Origin: Candidatus Bruticola sp.
GTDB taxonomy: Bacteria; Vulcanimicrobiota; Xenobia; Xenobiales; Xenobiaceae
Assembly: GCA_051874735.1 (NCBI GenBank)
Contig: JBJEGD010000026.1
Span: 166,815 to 230,814, forward strand
Direction: 5' to 3'
DNA length: 64,000 bases
In this document: piece after piece, positions 44,878-54,286 of the stretch
Position numbering within the stretch: the stretch's first letter is position 1
How the letters are laid out: each line of letters starts with the position of its first letter
Translations under genes and position numbers: made by a program
Notes under the pieces: generated by a model
Told to the model about the DNA's origin: nothing
Databases searched by the model: none
Seen by the model: the letters and a program-made list of their open reading frames with translations, nothing else

Positions 44878-47274
44878 ATGACTTATATTCCTGAGGGCTG
44901 CAATCCGCAGGCAAAGTTTGACAAGCAAGGTCCCAATTATCCTGAGTTTGAGGATAGTGTAAGAAAAAGCTCCGCTCACCTTTCGCCAGAATGTCGCGAT
45001 TTTATCGTTAATAAGGTTTATCCTTATGCTAATTATTGGCATCAGTTTCAAAAGCCGCGCATTAACGGTAAGCCGTATATCTCTCATCCTGTAGCTGTAG
45101 TCGGCATTCTAGCTCCCTATAAACTTGATGTTTCCAGTGTGGCGGCAGCCCTGCTTCACGACGTCCATGAAGATAACGAAAATGATGTAAGTCTAGATGA
45201 TATCAAGGAGCTATTTGGTACTGATATACGCAATATTGTCGATGGTTTGACAAAAATAGGCAAGGCCAGTGCTAGACAGCGTCGCGAAGCGGTGCGAGCA
45301 GCTGTATGTGAAGCTTCTGCCGGTTTACTGAGTTCGTTACAGGCTTCTTTCGGACTTAATTTGGGAATAGAGAATAATTTAGCCGTTCCTTTAACTCCCG
45401 CTCAAATCAGAGAAAGAGCTCGCCAAGCTAAACTAGATGATAAGGCAGCCAGTCTTACCAAGCTAGTTACAGAGATGGCCAGGGATATACGCATTATCAT
45501 TGTTAAGTTGGCAGACCGCCTGCATAATATGTATACTTTAGACGGGCTACGCCAAGATAAACAAATACGTATTGCTCAAGAGACTTTAAATTTTTTCGCT
45601 CCTTTAGCAACCCGTTTAGGTATGTGGCCTTTTAAGGTGGAGCTGGAAGACCTATGCTTCAAATATTTAGAACCTAGTCAGTATACTGAATTAAAAGAAA
45701 ATTTAGCTGCTGAAAGGAGTCGTCGCTCAGAATCTTTGGCGCAGACTTTAGAGTCAATACGCAAATCTTTAGTACAAGAAGGCATTTCGGCCAAGGCAGA
45801 GCTGCACACTAAATCACTTTATTCTGTGTTTGCTAAAATGCGACGTCAGCATAAAACTTTAGAGCAAATTTTCGATTTAGATCCTATATCTATAGTGGTT
45901 GATGATAAAAATACCTGTTATCAGGTACTGAGGGTCATTCATCAGCGTTTTGGATTTTTGCAGGGGAAATTCCGCGATTATATTGCTAATCCTAAAAGCA
46001 ATAATTATCAAGCTTTGCACACTACAATTTCGGCTGACGGCCGACTGCCTGTGGAAATTCAAATCTGCACGTATGATGAAGAAGCTGAGAATAACTTGGG
46101 AGTGCTCAATGTTTTTGTCTCGGGAAGGTACAGCGCTGAAGCTAATAGCGGTGAAGTTAACAAACTATTTCGTCCTTTTGCTCCTTGGTTAGCCTCTTTA
46201 AGCCATATAAAAGAAGGTTGTAAAGAAGATCAAGACTTTTTAGATGTTCTCTGTCAGGATGAGCTTACTGTTGGAGTAGTCTGCACTACTCCGGACGGTC
46301 GCAGCATTGAATTGCCGCAAGGAGCAACACCTTTAGACTTCGCCTTTAAAATTCATACTCAGTTGGGATTGTGTTGTACTGGAGCTATTATAAATGATAG
46401 GGAAGTATCTCTGACTGGTTATGAACTGCGTGATAACGATGTTGTGCAAATTCTGTCTTCTGATAAGGAGAATCCGTCCCGTAATTGGTACGCCCATTGT
46501 CGGACTAGGCAAGCGCGCTCAGTTATAAGTAAGTGGTTCTTTGTAAATCAGACGCCTGAGCCTAACCGCACTATAGGTTATAAAATGATTTGTGCGGAGC
46601 TGATTCGTCAGGGTGCCGCTGGAGCGCAGACTAATGCTGAAATTATGAAAGCTATGGTGAGTTCTCTCAATTTCAAGTCACTTGAAGAACTTTATATCGC
46701 TATAGGCAGCTTTCGTACTCCTATGTCAAATTTTTCTAAGTGCTTCAAAAATTACCGTGAGAATAATCCTCAGCAGTTTGACAATTTAGATTGCGATCCA
46801 ATGCGTTTGCGCGATATCTCTCTGTCAGTAAGGATTGCAGAGCAGCCTAAGGCTCGTTGCTTTGCCTGTAGACAGTGTACTCCTGTTTTTGGAGATTCTA
46901 TTAAGGCTGTGGGTGGCAAAAAGAATAAGGGATATGTCATTCATCGCGGCAGTTGTTCTTTGATCGCTGAAGCCGCTGGGGCCGGAAGGCGAATTTATGA
47001 AGCAGAGTGGATCAGTGGCATCGATCCTAAACTATTCATGCTGCGTGCCACCATTCAAATATGTGCTTTAGTGCGTCATGGATTGTCTAATTCCGTTATT
47101 AGTGTTTTTGACAGTAAAAATGTTCTAATATACAACTACAAGTTCACTAATGATTACGCTAAAAATGTGACCAGTATAAAAATAGAAGTAGGTGCTGCTT
47201 CTATAGAAGAGCTGGAAATGCTGATGGATGAGCTGCGGTCTGTGGACAGTGTAGTTACAGTTGAAAGAGCCTAA
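44878..47274 (+). CDS. Long RelA/SpoT homologue 2: intact HD hydrolase, partly degenerate synthetase, TGS-ZFD-ACT
   Basis: RINGKPYISHP, HDVHED, KLADRLHNMYTL; HTKSLYS, DLDPIS, YQALHT, EIQICT; LPQGATPLDFAFKIH. Confidence 0.9.
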   Translation: MTYIPEGCNPQAKFDKQGPNYPEFEDSVRKSSAHLSPECRDFIVNKVYPYANYWHQFQKPRINGKPYISHPVAVVGILAPYKLDVSSVAAALLHDVHEDNENDVSLDDIKELFGTDIRNIVDGLTKIGKASARQRREAVRAAVCEASAGLLSSLQASFGLNLGIENNLAVPLTPAQIRERARQAKLDDKAASLTKLVTEMARDIRIIIVKLADRLHNMYTLDGLRQDKQIRIAQETLNFFAPLATRLGMWPFKVELEDLCFKYLEPSQYTELKENLAAERSRRSESLAQTLESIRKSLVQEGISAKAELHTKSLYSVFAKMRRQHKTLEQIFDLDPISIVVDDKNTCYQVLRVIHQRFGFLQGKFRDYIANPKSNNYQALHTTISADGRLPVEIQICTYDEEAENNLGVLNVFVSGRYSAEANSGEVNKLFRPFAPWLASLSHIKEGCKEDQDFLDVLCQDELTVGVVCTTPDGRSIELPQGATPLDFAFKIHTQLGLCCTGAIINDREVSLTGYELRDNDVVQILSSDKENPSRNWYAHCRTRQARSVISKWFFVNQTPEPNRTIGYKMICAELIRQGAAGAQTNAEIMKAMVSSLNFKSLEELYIAIGSFRTPMSNFSKCFKNYRENNPQQFDNLDCDPMRLRDISLSVRIAEQPKARCFACRQCTPVFGDSIKAVGGKKNKGYVIHRGSCSLIAEAAGAGRRIYEAEWISGIDPKLFMLRATIQICALVRHGLSNSVISVFDSKNVLIYNYKFTNDYAKNVTSIKIEVGAASIEELEMLMDELRSVDSVVTVERA

Positions 47275-47308
47275 AAAATACAGCATTGTCATTTGAGGTT
47301 TATAAAAA

Positions 47309-49645
47309 ATGGGAGAAGAAAAGAAGTTATTGGAAAAAAAAGCTGAGGTTGCTTTAAATGGAAAAAAGATAGATTTAAATAAAGAGCTGCCTGCATTTAA
47401 GCAGCAGTTAGAAGACAAATATTGGTCGAAATTGGCTCAATGCGCTTCTTATCTTGATGAAGAACGGCTGAAAAAATTGAGAAAAGCTCTCGATTTAGCT
47501 TTTCGAGCCCATGATGGGCAGTTCCGATTTTCTAATGATCCTTATGTCGATCATCTTGTTGAAGTAACCAAAATTTTAGCTTCTTACCATTTGGATTCCA
47601 CTACTTTGTGTACTGGGATGTTGCACGATTTAATCGAGGAAGAAACTGGTGTTAGTCTTGACTATGTGACTGAGCAGTTTGGTAAAGAACTTAGTAATTT
47701 AATTAACGATGTCACCAATCTTACTAAGCGTTTTGCCAGCGAAACTGAAAATTTAGAAAATAAAGATCGACGCCAATCGAAAGAATTTACTCGCTTGGGA
47801 GGCAAAGAGGCTGCCGACGAAAATTTGCGCAAAATCTTTTTGGTCATTGCTCGTGATTTGCGTGCCATTTTAGTTAAATTTGCCGATCGCTTACACAATC
47901 TTCGTACTTTAGAATTTTGCAAAGTTGATTTGCAGAAAAAGATTGCGCAGGAAACTTTAGATATTTTCGCTCCGCTAGCTTCGCGTTTAGGGGTTTGGGA
48001 GTTTAAAGCTGAATTAGAAAATTTATCTTTTCGGTATGCACTACCGGAAGAGTATCTGGCACTCAATCGCGATTTAGAAGAAGTGCGCCCTGCTTTTGTC
48101 GCTGTCATGGACAAAATCGTAGCAACTTTAAAAGAAAATCTGCGAGAATTAAATGTAGAAAACGAGTTAGAGTATCGTTTTAAACATCTTTACAGTATTT
48201 ATCGTAAAAAGGTGCGTTCTCATAAAAGTTTATCCGAAATTTACGATCTAGCGGCCATACGCGTTTTAGTGCCTACAGTAGAAGATTGCTATATGATTTT
48301 CGGTTTAGTGCACTCTTTATGGTCTCCCATGCAAGGACGCATTAAAGATTATATAGCTCATCCTAAGCCTAATAATTACCGTTGCCTGCATACTACGGTT
48401 ATAGGACCTGATGATGTGCCAGTAGAGATCCAGATTCGTACTTTTGAAATGCATAAAGTTAACGAAGTTGGCGTGGCCGCTCACTGGGCTTACAAAGAAG
48501 GCAAAGTGAGCGCCGATAAGAGTCGGCGTGATATCTTCGCTGAATTGTATCCGTGGATTAGAGCTCTCTTTGATTGTAGTCATGAAGATGAAAGCGATGT
48601 CGGTGAACATGCCAAGTTTAGTGTACCTTCTAATGAAGTTTTTGCCTTCACTCCCTTAGGCGATGTTGTCAATTTGCCCATGGGAGCAACACCTATTGAT
48701 TTTGCTTACCGAGTACATAGCGAAGTAGGTAACCGCTGTGTGGGAGCCTTAGTCAATGGGCGTATAGTACCGCTTACTTATAAGTTATCTACTGGCGATC
48801 AAGTAGAGATAAAAACGGCCAAAAATGGTACTCCTTCGCGCGATTGGTTGCGTATTTGTACGAGTCATCAAGCTTTAAGTAAAATCCGCGGTTGGTTTAA
48901 ACGAGAGCGCCGGGAAGAAAATATCATCTGCGGACGGGAAGCGGTGAAGGCTGAACTGAAGCGCCTTCGTTTAGAAGACCTTCTCAACAATGAAGAAATT
49001 ATGCTCAAAGCTGCTCAACAGCTAAGCTTTGTCAGCGGTGATGACTTATTGGCCAGTATAGGTTATGGTGAAACTTCTGTTTTGCAAGCTGTCAGCCGTC
49101 TGCAGAATGCTCTGCCTAAAACTGAAGTTGCGCCCGAAATCCCTCTGCCGGAAAATTCGCAGGCTGCCGCTAAGCGTTCAGGATCTGGACGAGAAGTTAT
49201 TGTTGAAAATATTGATACCCTTTTAACTAAGATGGCCCGCTGCTGCATGCCCGTGCCCGGAGATGATATCATTGGATATATTACGGTCGGCAGTGGAGTC
49301 TCTGTACATAGGGCTGATTGCGTTAATTTCGCCCATCTGTCCAAAGTGCATCCTGAGCGCGTTGTTCAATGTGCCTGGAATACTTCTTCTGTGCAGGCTA
49401 GTAAAACTTACTGGGTTCATATTGTCATTGAAGCGTGGGATCGCTCTGGATTAGTTGGTGAAGTGTTGGCGTGTCTTAGCGATATACGGATAAGTGTAAA
49501 ATCTTGTCAGGCGCTTACAGTTGGCGATAAAGCCAAGATAAAGCTTTCTGTTGAAGTTACTGGCAACAAGCAGCTGGAAGAAGCCCTTAAAAGATTAGGG
49601 GGAGTAAAGAGTGTATTTTCGGCAGTTCGTTCTAAAAACAGATAA
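47309..49645 (+). CDS. relA: Long RelA/SpoT homologue 3 (Rel orthologue), canonical (p)ppGpp synthetase
   Basis: [63 protein letters not shown]; directly upstream of dtd as in the conserved rel-dtd pair. Confidence 0.92.
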   Translation: MGEEKKLLEKKAEVALNGKKIDLNKELPAFKQQLEDKYWSKLAQCASYLDEERLKKLRKALDLAFRAHDGQFRFSNDPYVDHLVEVTKILASYHLDSTTLCTGMLHDLIEEETGVSLDYVTEQFGKELSNLINDVTNLTKRFASETENLENKDRRQSKEFTRLGGKEAADENLRKIFLVIARDLRAILVKFADRLHNLRTLEFCKVDLQKKIAQETLDIFAPLASRLGVWEFKAELENLSFRYALPEEYLALNRDLEEVRPAFVAVMDKIVATLKENLRELNVENELEYRFKHLYSIYRKKVRSHKSLSEIYDLAAIRVLVPTVEDCYMIFGLVHSLWSPMQGRIKDYIAHPKPNNYRCLHTTVIGPDDVPVEIQIRTFEMHKVNEVGVAAHWAYKEGKVSADKSRRDIFAELYPWIRALFDCSHEDESDVGEHAKFSVPSNEVFAFTPLGDVVNLPMGATPIDFAYRVHSEVGNRCVGALVNGRIVPLTYKLSTGDQVEIKTAKNGTPSRDWLRICTSHQALSKIRGWFKRERREENIICGREAVKAELKRLRLEDLLNNEEIMLKAAQQLSFVSGDDLLASIGYGETSVLQAVSRLQNALPKTEVAPEIPLPENSQAAAKRSGSGREVIVENIDTLLTKMARCCMPVPGDDIIGYITVGSGVSVHRADCVNFAHLSKVHPERVVQCAWNTSSVQASKTYWVHIVIEAWDRSGLVGEVLACLSDIRISVKSCQALTVGDKAKIKLSVEVTGNKQLEEALKRLGGVKSVFSAVRSKNR

Positions 49646-49704
49646 ATTTCTACTGCACTGAAGAAGGGCAGGGTTGCTCTAGTTTCAACAGAAAGTATAG
49701 CAGT

Positions 49705-50157
49705 ATGCGTGCAGTTGTTCAAAGAGTCTTAGGCTCTAGCGTGGAAGTAGATAATCAGGTTGTTGGCCAAATAGGGCAGGGACTTTTAGTTTTAGTAGCT
49801 GTTCATTGTGATGATACTGAGAAAGAAGCTGACTGGCTAGCTCATAAAATAACTCATCTGCGTATCTTTTCCGATGAAAATGATAAGATGAATTTGAGCG
49901 TTTCCGATATCGGCGGGCAAGTATTAGTCGTTTCTCAGTTTACCCTTTACGGCGATTGTCGCAAAGGTTTGCGTCCTAGCTACAGTCATTCAGCGGCGCC
50001 TCAAGAAGCTTCGCGCCTCTATTCCTATTTCGTAGAAAAAATCAAATCTTGTGGTTTAGAAGTTCAGGAGGGAGTCTTTCAGGCTCACATGCTGGTTAGT
50101 TTAGTTAATGACGGTCCAGTTACCATTATAATCGATACCCCTAGCATAACTAAGTGA
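49705..50157 (+). CDS. dtd: D-aminoacyl-tRNA deacylase
   Basis: [27 protein letters not shown]. Confidence 0.97.
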   Translation: MRAVVQRVLGSSVEVDNQVVGQIGQGLLVLVAVHCDDTEKEADWLAHKITHLRIFSDENDKMNLSVSDIGGQVLVVSQFTLYGDCRKGLRPSYSHSAAPQEASRLYSYFVEKIKSCGLEVQEGVFQAHMLVSLVNDGPVTIIIDTPSITK

Positions 50158-50169
50158 GGTTAGTTTACC

Positions 50170-50562
50170 GTGGCTTATAAAGTTTTTGTAGTTGACGATT
50201 CCAAGTTTATGCGCATGATGCTGGGAGAAGTTATTACTTCTATGGGATGTGAAGTCATCGAAATAGACAGCGGGCGGCGCGCTGTAACCATGTATGAGCA
50301 TTATAAGCCTGATTTGGTGACTTTAGACATTCTGATGCCTGAACAGGATGGTATTGAAACGCTTAAGCAGCTTTTTGATACCGATCCTAACGCTAAGGTT
50401 GTTATGGTGACGGCATTGGGTATGGAAGATTACATTAAGCAGGCGATGGAGCTAGGGGCCTGTGGTTTTATTGTGAAGCCTTTTTCCGCTGAGCAAGTAG
50501 AAACAGTACTTTCGGAAGTCTTAGGCGATCCTTCTTTGCACATTTCGGCTGATGAATTTTAA
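50170..50562 (+). CDS. Single-domain CheY-like response regulator
   Basis: VVDDS, PDLVTLDILMP (phospho-Asp), MVTA, FIVKPF. Confidence 0.92.
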   Translation: MAYKVFVVDDSKFMRMMLGEVITSMGCEVIEIDSGRRAVTMYEHYKPDLVTLDILMPEQDGIETLKQLFDTDPNAKVVMVTALGMEDYIKQAMELGACGFIVKPFSAEQVETVLSEVLGDPSLHISADEF

Positions 50563-50592
50563 CAGTTCATTGGCAGGCTGGTAGCTCAAAGC

Positions 50593-51273
50593 TCAAATTA
50601 TAGGGGCGCTCAGTACCGCTATAACTCTGCCTTTGTGGCATTTCAATTGAGCTTGTTCGGCCGTTATTACATTAGAAAGTCCTCTAGTAGAAGAACGTTG
50701 CAGCAGACTGTGTTCAAGGGGCCATTTAGTTCCTGTTACGCTTATTTCTACTTTGCTGTCTAGGGCAATGAGCGAAAGAATCCACCCTTGGAAACCTCTC
50801 CAAGAGCGGTTTTTTTGTTGCAGTTGGCAAACTTGGCAGCCTGGCTCTACTAGAACAGTGTCTAGGCCTAATTCATCGGCTAATTGAAGTAAGCTGATAA
50901 CATTAAATAAACAATGATCTAAACGGCCCCCGAGGGCGGCGGCTATGACAGCTTGATAAAAACCTAATCTGTGAGCGGCGCGCAGGGCCAGTTCCAGATC
51001 GCTGTAATTTTTGTCACAAGGAAAAGTTAAGACTTGCTGACAACTTTTCTGCATGTCAGCTAGAACATTTTGAGGCAAAGAATCGAAATCGCCCAGCATT
51101 ATATCTGGATGCAGTCCGCTTTTCTGTAGATAGAGCGCTCCGCGGTCGGCAGCAATAATACAGTCGCCGATTCTATACAATTTATATAGCCAGTCTGGGG
51201 GGGGAGGGGAGCCGCCGCCTACAATAAAAGCCCGATTAAAAGCAGAAAAATGGCTACTTTCTAGAGTGTCCAT
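50593..51273 (-). CDS. thiN: Thiamine pyrophosphokinase
   Basis: IAADRG, GDFDS, KNYSDLELAL, ALGGRLDH, GTKWPL, GLSN. Confidence 0.92.
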   Translation of the reverse strand: MDTLESSHFSAFNRAFIVGGGSPPPPDWLYKLYRIGDCIIAADRGALYLQKSGLHPDIMLGDFDSLPQNVLADMQKSCQQVLTFPCDKNYSDLELALRAAHRLGFYQAVIAAALGGRLDHCLFNVISLLQLADELGLDTVLVEPGCQVCQLQQKNRSWRGFQGWILSLIALDSKVEISVTGTKWPLEHSLLQRSSTRGLSNVITAEQAQLKCHKGRVIAVLSAPII

Positions 51274-51805
51274 AGGCCTCCATAGCTTTTTTGAGAGTAG
51301 GAACTAACAGATACAACACTAAAGCAGAAGGCAGAAGAAAAGTGCAATTATAACTCAAAGACCACAACCAGGGTGAAGTTGGCAGCTGATCTGATGAGAG
51401 AAATAGCTTGATAAAGATAACTCCCGAAAGAGTATGACAAAATAATCGCACCGATACTGCAGCCAGAACGGAAAGCCAAGAGCGATTTTTAAAAACAGGC
51501 AACCCGGCTACAGCTAAAGAAGCATAAGCCAAAGGATAATCGAGAAAAAACTGCAGAGGATGGAATATCACTGGCTCTTGTAAAGCGTGCAAGCTGCCAT
51601 AAATAAGGCCAGCCGCTGCTGCTTTAAAGCTTCCCTTGCTCACAGCTAACAGGAGCAGAGGTAGCATATCCAGAGATATCTGTCCCCCGTTAGGCATAAC
51701 TGGTAAATTAAAAAAGGCCAATAAAAGCGACAGGGCGACGGCAGCGCCAACCTCGGCTATGCCTCGCCCTGACTCACGCAGCGGCCTGGCTAAATATTCA
51801 GCCAT
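51254..51805 (-). CDS. thiT: ECF transporter thiamine S-component
   Basis: MPNGGQISL, HPLQFFLDYPLAY, RLFCHTLSGVIF, WSLSYN; overlaps thiN start. Confidence 0.88.
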   Translation of the reverse strand: MAEYLARPLRESGRGIAEVGAAVALSLLLAFFNLPVMPNGGQISLDMLPLLLLAVSKGSFKAAAAGLIYGSLHALQEPVIFHPLQFFLDYPLAYASLAVAGLPVFKNRSWLSVLAAVSVRLFCHTLSGVIFIKLFLSSDQLPTSPWLWSLSYNCTFLLPSALVLYLLVPTLKKAMEAYGHSRK

Positions 51806-51840
51806 AACGCTGACCTTCCAAAAATAACGAGATTGTCAGC

Positions 51841-52032
51841 TTACTCAGCCTGACTATTTTTCCAAGAACGCAGGCAGCGAGTGCATACTCTGATCGCTTT
51901 GGGAGAACCTTTTACCATAACAACAATCTTCTGCAGGTTGGGCAGCCAACGGCGGCGAGTACGACGATTAGAGTGGCTGACCATATTGCCAGTGGAAGGG
52001 CCTTTACCGCAATGAGCGCAAACTCTGGACAT
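51841..52032 (-). CDS. rpmB: 50S ribosomal protein L28 (Zn-binding Cys form)
   Basis: [34 protein letters not shown]...VCTRCLRS; AGGAGG RBS before ATG at 52032. Confidence 0.96.
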   Translation of the reverse strand: MSRVCAHCGKGPSTGNMVSHSNRRTRRRWLPNLQKIVVMVKGSPKAIRVCTRCLRSWKNSQAE

Positions 52033-52154
52033 GTTTTTTGTTCCTCCTGTATGTCCGTGCTCTTCTGTGCGCACGGTTCCGGGGAGCCGGACGAACGAGA
52101 AAGACTTCTTGACAAGCTATTGAAAAAAATAGAAAGATGTACAATAGCGGGGGT

Positions 52155-52183
52155 ATTCTACCACAACTGCATTTTCTTGTCCA
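52155..52183 (-). promoter_or_regulatory. Sigma70-type promoter of rpmB
   Basis: Minus strand TGGACA-N17-TAGAAT with extended TG and GC-rich downstream (ACCCCGC). Confidence 0.65.
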
Positions 52184-52380
52184 GATCGAAACTCTGAGGC
52201 CTGCTTTTTTTTAAGGCTTAAAGCTAGTACGTCAGTCTAAAAACGTTCTGTTGCTAACTACTAACATGTGGCAAAATTAGAACTAAACATATTTTGCCTC
52301 TCTTTTAATTGATACATATATGCTATTATGCATCTATTAATTTTTACGGCGTTTAATATTTCCAAAGAAGGGGCTATTCT

Positions 52381-53109
52381 ATGGATTACACTGAACATGT
52401 TGGCTGGTTTTTTAAAAGACGCAATTTTTGGAGCTGTTTAGCTAAAATGGGACTCTTGTTTTTTACAATTTTTGGTCCTTTGTGCTACAGCGCAGAGATA
52501 ACTAGAGAGACTGTTAAAAAAGGGTCCGCTGAAGCTGAAATGCCTCTGTTCACTTTTGATAATTGCTGCTCACGCAGTATTATGCTTTGGCTTTGCTGGA
52601 TCAGCATGTCATTTATACCTGCGTTGTTGGGTGTCGTGCTTATTCTGCTCGATTACACGCCAGCGGCTAAATTCTTTACTGGGATTTCTACCTTTTTATC
52701 GCTTGTTTACCTACCTGCTTTCCTAATATGCGCAGCTTCCGGAGATGATAGCTCTTCAGTATATGGCAAATTCTTTAGTCTCCCCTGGGTGGGATTGCCC
52801 AAATATTATGGATTAGTTTTTATTTACGCTATTTGGACAGGAGTGGTCAGTGCGGTTATGATTCTGCCCATTTCCTTCGTTATGCTCGGCATTGTTGCTA
52901 TAGGATTAGAAAAATTTGCTTTAGCAATTATTATGCTGCTGCCAGCAATTTTTTTGGCTTTAATGATTAGTTTTGCCGCTCATGCTTATGCTTTCGCTTC
53001 TGTGGCTTCTCTAATTGGTACTTACATGCGCACATATAAAGAACTGCTTTTAGCTAAAAATATTGTCCGTCCTGAAGCTTTTTTATTGGAAGGAAGTTTT
53101 GAAGAGTAG
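52381..53109 (+). CDS. DUF4013-like membrane protein (divergent)
   Basis: Multi-TM; GPLCYSAEITRETVKKGSAEAEMP parallels the GY..I..I..G...LP motif of the next gene. Confidence 0.55.
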   Translation: MDYTEHVGWFFKRRNFWSCLAKMGLLFFTIFGPLCYSAEITRETVKKGSAEAEMPLFTFDNCCSRSIMLWLCWISMSFIPALLGVVLILLDYTPAAKFFTGISTFLSLVYLPAFLICAASGDDSSSVYGKFFSLPWVGLPKYYGLVFIYAIWTGVVSAVMILPISFVMLGIVAIGLEKFALAIIMLLPAIFLALMISFAAHAYAFASVASLIGTYMRTYKELLLAKNIVRPEAFLLEGSFEE

Positions 53110-53261
53110 ACGACCAATGCCCTAATCGTTTTTTTAGGAAAAAATCAGCTATTCTTGAACTACTTGTACTTCTATACGTGTATACGATAAAGGAATAGTG
53201 TATATAACTAGTAAATAAGAGAGAGTTAAATTTTGGTTAAATTCAGCTAAGGAGAGACTGT

Positions 53262-53942
53262 ATGCAGTTTTTAAAGCCAATTAATTATATAATGGATGCC
53301 CCTCAAATTGTCAAAAAAATTTTTATTTTATTGATATTCACCATCTTCATCATAACTATTCCGGCTGTTGGTGGCTATACCGTAAAAATTATTAAAAATA
53401 TACGCAGCGGTAAATTGGAGCTTCCTGATCTTGAATTCGGAGATTTCTCCGAGCTTTTCAGCGAAGGATGCCGTGTATTTCTGCAAATGTTCCTGCTTAT
53501 GCTTCCTGCGGTTATTTTCATAGGCATAGGCATGGCGATTATGTTTACGCAAGACAGCCCTATGCTGGGCATAGTCTTTATTATTATTGGACTGGTGGGA
53601 GTTTTTATAGCTAGTTACTTGTCATCGGCAATTTTTTGTTTGGCTGCCAAAGACTCTGACTGGATGTTGATTAAGTTCGACAAAATTCATAGTATTATGT
53701 ACAGCGAAAACGCTTCTTACCTGAAACTGTTCGCCTTCATTTTCGTTTGGAATATAATATTTAATGCTGTGAGTATGGTACCGATTGTTGGTATCGTGAT
53801 CCCCATGCTGCTGGTTTTTGTGCAGGGCGTTTTGTGTGGAGAGTACATGAGATTAGTCGATCCTGAAGACAATGCTACTGAAGCTTATGATATTGGTTCA
53901 GGTTCTGATAAGATAAAGTCCGATTCTGCATACTTCAGCTAA
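53262..53942 (+). CDS. DUF4013-like membrane protein
   Basis: IPAVGGYTVKIIKNIRSGKLELPDLEFGDFSELFSEG; 4-5 TM; AGGAG RBS. Confidence 0.7.
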   Translation: MQFLKPINYIMDAPQIVKKIFILLIFTIFIITIPAVGGYTVKIIKNIRSGKLELPDLEFGDFSELFSEGCRVFLQMFLLMLPAVIFIGIGMAIMFTQDSPMLGIVFIIIGLVGVFIASYLSSAIFCLAAKDSDWMLIKFDKIHSIMYSENASYLKLFAFIFVWNIIFNAVSMVPIVGIVIPMLLVFVQGVLCGEYMRLVDPEDNATEAYDIGSGSDKIKSDSAYFS

Positions 53943-54286
53943 AAAAAACATAATTTGGAGCAGATGTGGCGAAAAATTAAACATCTGCCCCACTGGGGTA
54001 TATTTTACCGTAAGTATCTGTAACGTTAAAAGCTGCTGGAAATAAGTTTCAGCAGTTTTTTTTATATCGATAATTTATTGAAGAGGAGCCAAACTTAGTT
54101 AAGTTTAATACTTCATTCTGTATGAAGTGCTGGTCCCCGTACTGATCGTATTCTTTGCATATAAAGTTGTGCAGATAAAAAAGCTGTATCTAGAACAGAA
54201 CTGCGGCCTCTCGTCTGCAGATTGTATAAGTTATATGATGACAATGCTTAGTTAACGTCAATGATAGAGGGCCAAATTTTTTTTAA

